Shown: piece by piece, positions 28,862 through 41,195 of the stretch
Position numbering within the stretch: position 1 is the stretch's first letter
How the letters are laid out: every line of letters starts with the position of its first letter
Assembly: GCF_009914755.1 (NCBI RefSeq)
Contig: NC_060925.1
Reading direction: 5' to 3' (one strand)
Length of the DNA stretch: 64,000 nt
DNA from: the human T2T-CHM13v2.0 reference genome, Homo sapiens
The notes under the pieces: generated by a model
Database searches by the model: none
What the model saw: the letters and a program-made list of their open reading frames with translations, nothing else
What the model was told of the DNA's origin: nothing
Translations under genes and position numbers: made by a program

Positions 28862-30057
28862 GTGTATTAGCTCTTATGGCTGCGGTGCTAGGGGTGCCAT
28901 AACCGCACACCATGGACTAGACAACCCACCATGCATTAAACAACAGAAGTTTACCTTCTCACAGTCCTGGAGGCCAGGCGTCTGAGATCAAGGTGTCAGC
29001 AGGGCTGGTTTCTCCTGAGGCCTCTGTCTTCCCTGTGTCATCCCATGGGCTTCCCTCTGTACACATTTGAATACTAATCTCTCTCTTTTTTTTTTTTTTA
29101 ACGGAGTCTTGCTCTGTCACCCAGGCTGGAGTGCAGTGGCATGATCTCAGCTCACTGCAACTTCTGCCTCCTGGGTTCAAAGGATTCTCATGCCTTCATG
29201 CCTCAGCCTCCCAAGCAGATGAGGTTATAGGTGTGCACCACCACACCTGGCTAGTTGTTTTTGCATTTTTAGTAGAGCTGAGGGTCTCACCATGTTGGCC
29301 AGGCTGGTCTCGAACTCCTGGCCTCAAGTGATCGGCCCGTCTTGATCTCTCAAAGTGCCGGGATTACAGGTGTGAGCCACTGTGCCTGGCCTGCTCTTCT
29401 TGTGAGGACACCAGTCTTGTTGTATTGGGGCCCACCCTAGTGACATCTTATACATCTATCTCTTCTTGAAATACATATCTCGAAATACAGTCGCATGTTG
29501 AGGCACTGGGGGTTAGGACTTCGATATATAAATTGGAGTGAATGGGAGAAAGGAGACACAATTCAGCCCATACCAGCTGCAGTAACAAATTACAAGTTTA
29601 GCAGCTTAAATAACAGAAACTTATTATCTTACATTTCTGTAGGTCAGAAATCTGATACCAAGCCTCACTGGGCTGAATCAAAGTGTTGGCAGCTCCTTTC
29701 CATGGGCACTGGATAGAGTCTGTTTTCTTGCCTTTTCCAGCCTCTAGTGATGCCCATCCTTATCTTCAAAGCCGGCCTGGCCAGTGAGTCCTTCTCACAT
29801 TGCGCCTTTCCAGCCTTCTCTGCAGATACATCTTCCCCTGATTCTCCTGTCTCCCTTTTGCATTTTAAGGGACTCTTGTGATTTTATTGGGCTCACTTGG
29901 ATAATCCAGGATAATCTCCCTATTTGAAGGTCAAATGATTAGCAACCTTAATTCCATCTGCAGCCTGAATTCCCCTTTGCCATGTAAGGTATCATATGCA
30001 CAGGTTCCGGGGATTAGTACGGAGACATCGTTGGGGGCCATTATTCTGCCTACAACA
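28862..30057 (-). mobile_element. MLT1D-type LTR (28862-28883, 29576-30057) with a nested MLT1B-type LTR (~28884-29575)
   Basis: Inner element ends attcagcccatacca with gctgc on both flanks; outer ends ggccattattctgcctacaaca. Confidence 0.75.
29086..29391 (-). mobile_element. Alu (Jb/Sz-like)
   Basis: Antisense dimer, ctcctggcctcaagtgatc. Confidence 0.93.
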
Positions 30058-31254
30058 CTCCCCAAACCTAGAGATCAACACAGATAATTTCTCTGTGTTA
30101 AACTCTCCAAATGTAGGCAACATCTCTTTACTGTGCAGGCAGACAAATAGGCAAAAATCGACATTATAATGTAGATTTTACAGGGATGCCTGTGGAGGGT
30201 GTTGGGGGTTACTGGAGACAGCGAAGACACTGCAACATTATTGGCACCATGCCAAAGGAAGGTGGGTTCTCCTTGTCTACACCCAGACAGGGTATAACCT
30301 ACCAGAGCTGGGGACGAGGGAGGAAGGGTCTGGAATATAACACAGCTTGTGGCCTCATTGCAGAGCTGGTGCCAGATGCGTCTCTCCTTCTTGTGCCAAG
30401 TGACCCTGCTCCTTCCCCGCAAGGAGCACCTGGTCTCCTGGCGCTGGAGGAGGTCTGTCCTCAACTCTTGACTCAACATCCCCCATGCAAGCAGTGCAAA
30501 TAGCTTCTTAGCCAAGCGGTTATCCACTCTGCCTCTGAAAATCTTGCTAAGGAGCATTTGTCACACAAGTGGATGTGGTGATTTTTTTTTTAAAGGTTTC
30601 CTGCCATCTTGTTTAGATAAGGTGTTGAGAGAGCACCCCCTTGCTCCTGTGGTAGAACAGAGCCAGGGAGCTGAAAAACAAAGAAGAGGGAGCATCACAT
30701 CTTCCAAGGTAGAAAACCTCAGGATCGCAAATAACATACCCAAGACTTTGGCTACTTTGTGGCCAACCTAGAACTTGAATCCTAGCTGTCCCAGCTGCAA
30801 ATCTAGTGTTCATTCCATCACGAACTACTTCTGCAACAGGTTAAAATAAAGTTTAATATCAACCTCATGGCTATTCTGTTTAGCAGTTCCCATGAATTTG
30901 TACCCTTATCATTTTTCAGAGCAGGCGATTGATTTCTTTTTCTCTCTTGCAGGCAAGAGCCACTTGTTTTGTGTTTGCTGAATGGTTTTGTTTTATTCCT
31001 AATGCATTTCTACTATTTATCTACATCCGTTTTTCTTTTGCCTTCATTCCTGAAGCTATTTATTTTGCATTTTTTTCCCAGAAATTGTATGCAATTTTTT
31101 TGGTCAAATCCCCTTTGGTCCTTTGTGGTCTGAAGTGGAGAATCACTAAATACATGAATTAAATATCTCCCTTATCTGTGGAGGGTGGTCTTGTTGGAAC
31201 TCTCATAAGCGCTGGAACTCTGTGTCTCAAGGGATACACTGTGCTCTATTTTTG

Positions 31255-31590
31255 TTTTTAGCATTGACTGTATGCCAGGTTCTATGCTAAGCAGAAGACA
31301 CAGATTCTGCTATCTGGGAGGGTCAGCCCAGCAAGAGAGAAGGACATAATTCAAATAGTCGCATGAATAAGTGCATAGTTATAGACCAAGAGAAGCACTT
31401 CAAAAGAAGGATCAGGATCTGTTGAGTGTGTATAACAAAAAGAACCAACCCGATCTGGGAGATGAAGACTGAGAAGGAGCTGGGAAGGCTTCCACTTGGC
31501 CAAGAGTTGGAGTATGAGCCATGCTGGGCAGAGAGAGCCCATTCAATACAGAAAGAACAGCACATGCAAAGGCCCTGGGGTGGAAGGGGG
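31255..31590. mobile_element. L2 fragment
   Basis: gactgtatgccagg...aacagcacatgcaaaggccctggg. Confidence 0.65.
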
Positions 31591-33097
31591 TTTGTGGATC
31601 TGCTTTATTCCTTCTGGCTGCTCAGCTCCTGACCCAGACATTACTGAGCCTTGCCTTGTCCTGGGAACCATGTGCCTCTGGGTTCTGCCCACATCTTAGT
31701 TGGATCTCATCCCCTAACCTATTAGTTTTAGAAGAATGGCTTCACCATTCTTGGAACCCCTGTCCAAAGTGACCAAATGAAACACACCCAAGGAGACAAG
31801 CATCTACTTGGTTTTCCCACTCTGGTCCATGATCATCAACAATTCTCTACATCTTCCAATTAAGACAATTTCATGGAGTTCCATGACCTAGTGCCTCAAA
31901 GGATCGCCATGAAGATCTAGCAAGTTAAGACCCTTGAGCTGCGTGGAAGAGTCTCAGGTGCCACAGAGCCTTGCTAACATTTGCTTTTGGTGAAAAGTCC
32001 TCTTTGGAAGGTCAGAGATAGCTGCATTTCCCGAAGGGAGCTTGTGAGGAATTGACATCAGGGTTGGGTTCGAGGTGATGGGAAAGATACTTTTAACCTA
32101 ATAAATGACCTCTTTTCTGCATTCTCTACCCGCTCCTTGCAGCAATCTGGTGGCTTAAAATTTTTGAAATTGTTTTAGCCACTATGAGGCAACATAATAT
32201 TTTGGAGAAATAAACAATAACAGTAACAACAACAATAACAAAAATGATTGGAAAACTAGGGGGAGAATATTCCACATTGATTTCTCCATCCAGCCATGAA
32301 CAAACCCAGAAGGGGTAGCCTCAGGCAGAAAATACCTACACTCTCCATGTTTGGAAATCCAAGGTGTATCTGAGGGTTCTCCAAAGCCCCCAACAGAACC
32401 CAACACAGCTCTGACTAAAGCTTCTTTTTCCTTGCAGAGGAAACAAAGGGATGTTGTCTCCACAATCCCCAGGTGGTCATAGAAAATGAATCTCACAGCT
32501 GTGGTGGGAGGCAGGATTCTGCCAAAACTTGCTATATATTTAGAACAAATATCTCCGGGAAAGCTAACCTATGTGGCTGCTTACCGTATTCCCTGTGGAA
32601 CAACCCACATCCCTCTTCTCAAGCCCCCTCCAGCCAGCCATGCCCCTTCCTGCCTTAGAGGGCTGTATCCTTTAGTGGTCAAAGCCTGTCTCCCTGGGCT
32701 CTTCCCAAAGGGCTCAGCTCCCAAGTGGCCTCTTCCTCTTCTGCCTCCTCCCCATCCAAACTCCTGCTTTTCAGTAGGGTCAATCCTGAGAATGAAACAG
32801 TGACTTGAAATTGATCTTCCCTGAGGTTGGATGAGTGATGATCCCTGTTATTCTTGGAGAGGTATTTTCTTTTGGTTAAGTAGTAGATTAGCCCAAACGC
32901 GTCTCTATTCAGTGGCATCCCAGAAGATGTGAATGATATATTTTGAGATAGTGAGTTTCCCCTGAAAGCCCTAAAATAGGAACCCTGGTAACCTCTGCTT
33001 TTATGTATGTGCTTGGCTGGTCCTATTAACACTAGCTGGATCAGTGCATGCAGATTAAATCATTTTTTACCAGGTTTCCATTGATACACTCAACCAC

Positions 33098-33270
33098 CCT
33101 TTCCCTCCCTCCCTCCTTCCCCTTCCCTCCCTCCCCGTCCCTCCCTCCTTCTCTCCCTCCCTCCCTCCCTCCCTGTCTCCCTCCCCTCCCTCTCTCCCTC
33201 CCTCCCTCCCTTCCTTTCTTCCTTCCTTCCTTCCTTCCTTCATCTCTCTCCCCTCTTCCCTCCCTCCCTC
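33098..33270. repeat. (CCCT/CCTT)n polypyrimidine tract
   Basis: Direct reading. Confidence 0.95.
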
Positions 33271-33530
33271 ACATTCTCAATACCTATTCAGGGAAGTGTA
33301 GATTGCTGTGTTGTCTTGTCATCATTTGGGATTTTTCTCCCCATGTTCATTCAGAGCCCAGGTGAGAGGGCTGATGTTTCCTGGAGGTAAGAGCCTTTCT
33401 CCGGGCAGTGATCCACCCCTGTCATCTTAATTCAGCCCCTGGATCCAGTATGGCATGAGAGCAGTTAGGAGACAGCTCAAGCCAGCAATTTGTGTCACCA
33501 TTTTTTAGTCTTTCCCATTAGCCCAAGATG

Positions 33531-33565
33531 GTTTTTTGTTTGTTTGTTTGTTTGTTTGTTTTTTT
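33531..33565. repeat. (TTTG)n microsatellite
   Basis: Direct reading. Confidence 0.9.
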
Positions 33566-34079
33566 GCCTGCTTTGTTTTCTTACATCAAGATCCCTCTTT
33601 ATTGCAGGAAGACCTAATTAAAGTAATTCCTCTCCCTGTCCTTTGCAACTCACATTTATGGGTAGGAAAGTAGCTGAGATGAACACATTTAAGGGACTAG
33701 GGGGACCTTAAGGAAGAACACCATATGGCGTGTGGCTCCACGTTCCAGTGTTGCAGTTCTCAGGTGGGTTTCCATACAAGGCCACCTCGGTTGAGCTCTT
33801 CAGTCTTCAGGAGTGTGAGATGTAGGGATGAGTCTACTTATGATGCTGCAGTGGAGATCCTATGAGATAGGGTGGGCGGAAGCTCCATTTTAACCAGATC
33901 ATGGCACATAAACTCATGAGCTTTGTATGCTGGGTTGTGTGCCCCAGGGAAAGTGTGCTTATTGGTGACTTTACCAAGTGGGAAAGGAGAAGGTGATGAC
34001 TGCTCAATTCTGTAGATGCAGCCTTGTCACCTGACTCCAAGAAACCTACCTGGCCCACCTTGTCACACTCCAGCTTTAT

Positions 34080-34640
34080 GTACTTGAACCGGTAATTCCT
34101 CTGTGATTGTGCCTTAGTTTCCTCATCTACCAAGTGAGGGGATTGTGCAAGATTTCTAAGATCATCTCTCTGCTGAATTTCAGAATCTATCTATCCTTGA
34201 ACAACTTCCAATTTACCCTCCACATTGCCCTGTTACCCTGCATTCTAGCCGTACTGGACCACGAGATGCTCTAGAAGCTTGCCGTGGCCTCCAGGTCACT
34301 GAGGATGCTTTTTTTGTACCCCAAACTCCTCCAGTCTCACCGCTCTTTCTACTGGTTACATCTTATTCACCTTCAGGTCTTTGCTTGAAAGTCATATTTT
34401 TCTAGGAAGCCTTCTCCCCACCTCCACCAAGCCAGGGGGAGGCTCATCTCAAGCATGTTTTGTGGCTCTCTCACAGCCCGTACTATAGAAGAGTATAGCT
34501 CCCTGTTTAGGGAAGAGTGTGTCTCTGCTGAATCGTAAGCTCCTTGAAGGATGGGGCTGTGTCCTGCTCTAATTGTGTCCAGTTCCTAACACAATGCCTG
34601 GCACATAGCAGACAAGTAATCAATATTTTTTACCTGAACT
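34080..34640. mobile_element. MIR (~34080-34190) and L2 3' end (~34230-34640)
   Basis: gccttagtttcctcatct; cacaatgcctggcacatag. Confidence 0.65.
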
Positions 34641-36834
34641 GTTTTTAAGAGGCTGTGCTGCTGCTCAAAACGTGGCATCGTGCCAGACAGATCTCCCTCC
34701 CAGGAGGCAGGTGGTGGGCCAGACTTGCAGTGCCCTCTGACAAATTGGCTCTGTTTCTAAATGATGGTCATTCCACTTTCCAAAATACCCAACTATCTCC
34801 CAGGGAGCAGAATTGGCCTCTATCTGTGCCTTGTCCTCTTACGTATCCCCAAAGTGACCCTTTATCTTTAGAACAAGCTGGGAACCGTGTGGACTTGCCC
34901 ATTTGTTCCTTTTCTGAAGCATAACGTTAACACTCCCCCAAGCATGCACGTCCCATTTTAGATGCATTCTGGCAAGCCGATTTCCTGTTCCCATTCAGTC
35001 AATCATCTTCCATCCTTGGCAGGAAGGAGAACACACAGCTACGCCTGTGCCAACCCCAACATATTTCTAGTTCCATCATGGCTGGGTCTGTGCTGCCTAT
35101 GCCATAGGATTTTAAGATGCTTTTAAAAAATCGTGTGTATGAGTGTTTCACAGCCAGGACTCAGAATGCACAGGCTGAGCTAGGACTGCAATGTGGCCGA
35201 GCTCGCATCTGTGAATCAGTCATAGCCCATGACCTTTACTTAAGGACCAAAGTCCTGTGTCATAGTAGGAAAGACACCGCATGACAGAGAGGTACTGCCT
35301 GGGTACCGAAGATTGTGGTGTGATGACTTAAGAGTGAAATGGAGCCAAGGACAACATCTAGCCTAGAGTGAGGTCATGAGAGTCAGCCAGGTGTTCCTAG
35401 TCCATTCTTTGTATGTTGCAATAGAGGACAAAGAGTATTTGCACAGGGGTGGGCCAGTAGCCCTTAGTATTGGCAATGATCCATTTATCCATTTCAAACT
35501 CTTATGATGCTATGAAAACTAACTCTCCTTCTGATGTTCCTTTGACCACAGGCAAGTATAGATCCACTTCTTGAGGACTTTGATGTATATCTGATGGCTG
35601 TGTGTGTGTGCATGTGTGTTGAAACCTCCTTTGTCTACTCTGAGTTCCTTAGCTTAGTTTGAAGTTTCAGTAGGTGCCTCCCTGGACTTATAACCTCACT
35701 CCTTTCTTGTCATTTATTCTCTGCTAAAATCTATAATGTCCTTTCTGCTATGTCAAGAGTGATTTTGGCCCTTACCCTTCTTTCTCCACGCTCTGATATT
35801 TTTCTTTCATTTCTTTTTGGAACATAAATTTGATTTCCCATTTGCACGGCCCAGCGTGAACCTGAGGGTAATTACTCTAATTTGCAGCTGCATCAAGAAG
35901 GCAAAGACTGGAGCCACCATTCCATTCAGCTTAAACTCTCCTCCATCAGGCCCCTCTCCTGAAAATGCCATTCCTTATCAAAACGATTTCAGCGTCAAGT
36001 AGGAGCTGTACTAAAAATTTATGTAAGTTTCCCTTTACTTTTCTGATAGCTGTAAAAATCTGTTCTAAAAGGATGGAGGCATTTTTTTCCCCTACCATTT
36101 CTCTATAGCCTATGTTAATTTTGCTCTTTTCTTGCCACCCAATTTTGTTCTCTTCAGTCCTGTTCTCAGCTGGATCCTGGTGTTTCACTCCACATATTGA
36201 ATAAGCAAAGCAATAATATGTTGTGATTAATAAGTGGCTTGACAGGCAGGAAAAAAGAAAATCTTATTCATTGCATCAGTGGTGCTGTGCAAATGCACTG
36301 TTTTTGAAAAATGCATTTAGTCAGCAGGGTGGTTTTTGTCCACATCCTTGGCCCTGTGCTCTCCACTTCAGCTGGATGTTCCGTTTCCTTCACGTGCAAA
36401 TTTCAGGCTTGCAGAACATGAGGGCATGGGTTCCAAGGATGCTTAAAGCCTTGCCAAACCTTAGGAACTCATTTTTGGAGGCCAAATCCCTCATTACATA
36501 AGATATATTAATACACATCCACATCCCACTTGCAATGCAATTTTGTATAACTCTCTAAGAATTTAGACTTGAGTTGCATTTGACCTGTTGATACAACTAA
36601 GTCCTCCTGTGCCACTGACCTTCTCCTGCGCCTGTATGGGTGTGACCCATACAACTTACAACAGTGCTATGGTTTAGGCACTCTTATTATCCAGATCATT
36701 TTGTAGTTTTTTGACTTCTATTGCATATCTATCTATTTCTCTTAGGAGGTTTTATTTGCATGACTTGGAATGATACATTATTTTTCAGATCTCAAGAAAC
36801 TTTTCTCCTTTGAAAAGCTCACAGGCTCTGGATC

Positions 36835-37164
36835 TGCTTTCTCTAAGGTGGTAGCCACAAACCATCTGTGGCTACAAAACCCTTAAAATGTGGCTAGCCC
36901 AAGCTGTGCTTTGAGTGTAAAATACACCCTAGGTTTCAGGCTTAGTACAGGGAAAAAAAAGACACGTAAAATATCTCATTAATATCTTTTTATATTGACT
37001 ACATGTTAAGATGACAATGACGATGTTTTGGCTGTGCTAAATAAAATATATATTACAATTAATTTTAACTTTTGTTTGTGTGTGTTTTTTACTTTTTAAT
37101 GAGATTACTAGAAACTTTTAAATTGCATACACAATTTGCATTATATTTCTGCTGGACAGCATTG
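36835..37164. mobile_element. MER33 (hAT-Charlie)
   Basis: ggtagccac...aaatgtggctag...gtgtaaaatacac...aaatatctcattaat...tggacagcattg. Confidence 0.8.
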
Positions 37165-37445
37165 CTCTAGATAGCATGGGAAATGATGTGGGGGTTAAAA
37201 TGGCCCTGGATGACTCCTGCCTTCAGTGGAAGTACATCAATGTCCTGAAGGAGGTGGAGGATTCATCAATATTCATCCACACAGCAGACATCCATTGAGG
37301 GTCTATGCTATGCCAGACATTAGGCAAAATGCTAGAGATAGGGGGACAGCAGGATAAATAGAGTTTCCACCCAGGGCCTCTGCATCAGGGCGCCTAGCCA
37401 CAGCACACACGCGGGCTGCAGTCCAGGATATGCCGATCCACTAAG

Positions 37446-37592
37446 CTTGAAATTGCATGGGGATCCTGGCTGCTGAGCAAGGGGTGGGCAGGAAGGAAAG
37501 AGTGCCTCCTAGAGACAGATCTACACTGTAGAAATAAACAGTAAGACTTTGGAGGTTGCACATTGGAAAAGTGAAGGAACTACTGATCTCTA
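37446..37592. repeat. Block A of local duplication; inverted copy at 39204-39347 (~90% identical)
   Basis: Manual alignment: 14 mismatches plus a 3-bp indel. Confidence 0.95.
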
Positions 37593-37907
37593 TATGCCCT
37601 GTGCTTGGCACATAGAAAGCTGGTGATAATTGTGCACTGAGTACTAACGTCAGGCCCAGCAGAGTCCAAAAGGACTGGGGCAGCATTGCTGCACTTGAAG
37701 GAAATGGTTCGTTTTTCTCATTCATACGAAAGGGCTGTCTCTCTCCCAGCTGTGCTTTTTGAGGGTTGCATGTGCACCTTGTAAAAGAGCCTCTGATTCC
37801 TCACCAGCCCTGTCTGTGCCCTTACAGAGCAGGGGCATTGAAAGTCCTGCACACCTGCGTTGTCTCTGGACTCCACACCTGATGCCCCAACCCTTTGCCT
37901 AGATTCT

Positions 37908-38207
37908 TTTCTTTTTTTTTTTTTTTTTGAGGTGGAGTCTCGCTCTGTCGCCCAGGCTGCAGTGCAGTGGCATGATCTTGGCTAACTGCAACCTCGGCTT
38001 CCTGGGTTCAAGCGATTCTCCTGCCTCAGCCTCCTGAGTAGCTGGGACTACAGCTGCGCACCACCACGCCCGGCTAATTTTTGTATTTTTAGTAGAGACG
38101 GGCTTTCACCATATTGGTCAGGCTGGTCTTGAACTCCTGACCTAGTGATCCACCCACCTCGGCCTCCCAAAATGCTGTGATTACAGACGTGAGCCACCAC
38201 GCTCAGC
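37908..38207 (-). mobile_element. AluS (Sg-like)
   Basis: Antisense dimer; 17-bp TSD ccctttgcctagattct. Confidence 0.95.
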
Positions 38208-39203
38208 CCCTTTGCCTAGATTCTAACTTCTGGCCTGGATTCCTGAGACTGCCACCCTCCAGGCTTAGAGGGTCTGCCGCAGCTTTGCCATATCTGACTG
38301 CTGACTTCTGACCCAAGGCTGGGTCTGACCTTACCTACTGGCTGTCCACATCAGGCAAGCCAGTGAGGTTTCTCCTTTGTCCTCTTCTTCTCTAAAAAAG
38401 TCCCACTTATTTGCTGTCTTCCTGACTCTCTCTGCTAGAAGGTGAGCTCCTGATCTGGTGTGTTCATTCGTGTATCTGCAGCACTGAGAACACTGCTAGC
38501 TCAGTCTGGATGCTGTGTGACCATATGGTAGTGAGGACAAACCCACCACCGTTACTTGGGTGAGGAGCTGCCTGCATCCCTCCCACTCCTCTTTGGCCAC
38601 TGTGGGTTGTCAACAGTCTTGATTCCAAGAAGTGATGTCCTGGCTTTTAGGAGAAAGAACTTTGTTGGGAGCATGGCAGACACTCTCCTCTCACTCCCAG
38701 GGACCCTCACCCTTGTATGATCACTTCTCCATTCAGTGTCGGTGTAGGGGGAAACTGTGACTCTGATAAGATGTCACTCCCATGATTATGTTCCCTTACA
38801 TGGAAAAAGGGAGATGGATGGAATGGGCCTGGTATAATCACATGAGTCCTTTCAAAGCAGGGAGTTGTCTTGGCTGGTAGTAGAAGAAGTCAGAGACATT
38901 GGAGGCATGAGAGAGTGCAGTCTTGGCACTGATGACTAGGCTGGCTGTGCTTCTTGTTCCTGCCATGCCCTTTGCCTTGGTTTTGTCTCTTGACCTTTTC
39001 CAAGCTGCCACACTCTTTACTGCATCCCAGCCTCCAGCCCTGTGCCTAGCACATAGAAAGCTCTAGATAACTGTTCAGCCCAGCAGAGTTCAAAGTGCTG
39101 TGCGGAAGAAAGGCAGTCTTGCCTGTCACTAACTGCATCCCTGGCTTTGATGGGCAAAGACTTTGCCCAAGTGTCTAAAGTGACACATCATTCCCCTGCT
39201 CAT

Positions 39204-39347
39204 TAGAGATGAGGAGTTTCTTCACTTTTTCAATGTGCACCCTCCAAAGTCTTGTTTATTTCTACAGTGTAGATTTGTCTCTAGGAGGTGCTCCTTCCTT
39301 CCTGCCCACCCCTTCCTCAGCACTGGGGATCCCCATGCAATTTCAAG
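39204..39347. repeat. Inverted copy of block A (37446-37592)
   Basis: Reverse complement matches; ORFs 37441- and 39209+ share VYFYSVDLSLGG...IPMQFQ. Confidence 0.95.
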
Positions 39348-39669
39348 GCTGGGCAAGTCAGGTGACAGCAGTAAAGTCACTCATTTCTTGATTCTTTCTC
39401 TGGCATAAAAGCCATACAATCCCTGTCTCTTAGGGAGTTGGGGCTGGCAGAGAACAGAGATGTTCAGTGGCAAATACCCTGCCAACCTTGTGATGTGTGG
39501 CGAAAGGATGACTGGGTGGGAAGAGCCAGCGTCACACCACATTCTCAGCTGAGTTTTCCAAATTCTGTCTTTACATAGGTCGTGACAAGTAAAGCACTTT
39601 CCCCGAAAAATGCAGGCGTACAATTAGCCCAGGCCCTGAGATCTGAAAGAGAAGGAAGGTGACCGGAGA

Positions 39670-40030
39670 CGTCATTTATTACGTCCTTCCCACGTACTTG
39701 GTATTTTTCCAAAAACTTCCATGTTTGAGTTGATTATCCTGTTTTACAGAAAAGGAAACTGACACTTAAAGAGGTTGAGTCACTTTCCCCAAATTGCACA
39801 GCTAAGAAATGAAAGATCTGGACAAGCACCCAAGTGTTCTGACTGCAGAGTATTAGCTCCTTCCTGACCACGGTGCTGGGGTGTCTGAGCTCTGTCCAAG
39901 CTCCATGACCTTGGAAAACCATTGAGCCTTCCTGAACTCAGTTTCTTGTCCTGTTCTATGAGGATTTACATGAAGACTCAATGACATTATTTATGCCAAG
40001 GGCTTTGCATGGTGGAAACTCTTGAACAAC
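39670..40030. mobile_element. Two MIR fragments
   Basis: cctgttttacagaaaaggaaactga; gaactcagtttctt. Confidence 0.7.
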
Positions 40031-41195
40031 AGTAGAGCAAAGACGCCAGTGGGGCATCTACTGGCCAGTGACCTGTGTGTGGCCGTCTGAAATTAAGGGG
40101 TGTTTGCCTGGAGTCTGCCCCCTTGTTTGGGTAGGAAGGGAAAAGCTCAGTGGTGGTTTTGGTGGAGGCCACAAACTGGCAGCAAACGTCCAGGGGAGGG
40201 CACTCTTCTCTCACAGCTCAATGAGTCCTCCAAGGCCTTGCAGTGCAGCTTTTAAGAGGTGCAGTCAGCCTTTTAGAAACGCTGAGCCCCAGGCCAGCCA
40301 TGGCGGTGGCAGAGCTGCATGGGAAGCATCCCTGGACCGATTCAGTGCCTGGTTCTTCAGGGCCACAGCAGCAGACGGCCCCATTATTTTCAGGCTACAC
40401 AGACAAGTGCATGTGGGTGACCGAATATGTCATGTTTCAGCTGCTGCGTGGGGGGCCGGCATTGGGGGGATCAGTGCACTTTTGAGGCAGGACTTTGATG
40501 CTCCCCATGGCTCTCTTTTAACCCTGGGGATCCCTGGGGAGGCAGGATATGACTCTGGCGATTTGCAGAATCAGGAAGGAAGTGGTTTAGGTGTTTGAAA
40601 CCACACTCTACTCTCCAGCCTGGAACTCTCTCGAGCCCCCTATTCCAGGCATCCAGATTGTGTCCTCTCTTTGCCCACCCCACCGTCGATGCCCCCCATA
40701 TCCTCCATATCCAGGCCGACTGCCCCACATTTCACTCTGTATTTGAAAAGCCCTTCCTTCTTCCTCCCTTCCTTCTGCATTCCCCCATTCACCATTAACA
40801 ATGATAATGGTTTGATAGATTTATCTTTTCACATATCAGGTTGGAAAACTGATTAGATGGAAACTTTCAATACCTTGATCTCTAAAAGTGATGACACACT
40901 GTCATTCTAGACACAGTGTCAGTATATTTTCTAATCTAATATTCATTGCAAGCTTGCTGCATACTAGAAATGCTGAGCCCTCTAACTCCATCCCCACAAT
41001 GATTCCATAAGGCAGGTGCTGTTACCGTTCCCATTTATAAATGACACAACTACAACCATGGAGGGTACATTTTCCCAGAGAGGGTAAATTGGTTCACTTG
41101 CTTAGTGTTTGGAGGTGCTCAGTCTCTGACCCAGGTCTATTGTGTACAAACCCCACCTTCTTAGCCACTGCTCCTGTGCTGGCTCTGTTGATGTC

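Noticed and set aside
28491-28985. 164-aa ORF with an internal repeat
   Set aside because: The peptide repeat just reflects the DNA tandem duplication, and the ORF runs into an MLT1 LTR; no recognisable domain
30075-30557. 160-aa minus-strand ORF
   Set aside because: No recognisable homology or gene structure; within chance expectation
33048-33365. Pro/Ser/Leu-rich 105-aa ORF
   Set aside because: Translation of the CT-rich simple repeat
40068-40598. 176-aa ORF
   Set aside because: GTG start, GC-richer sequence, no recognisable protein family
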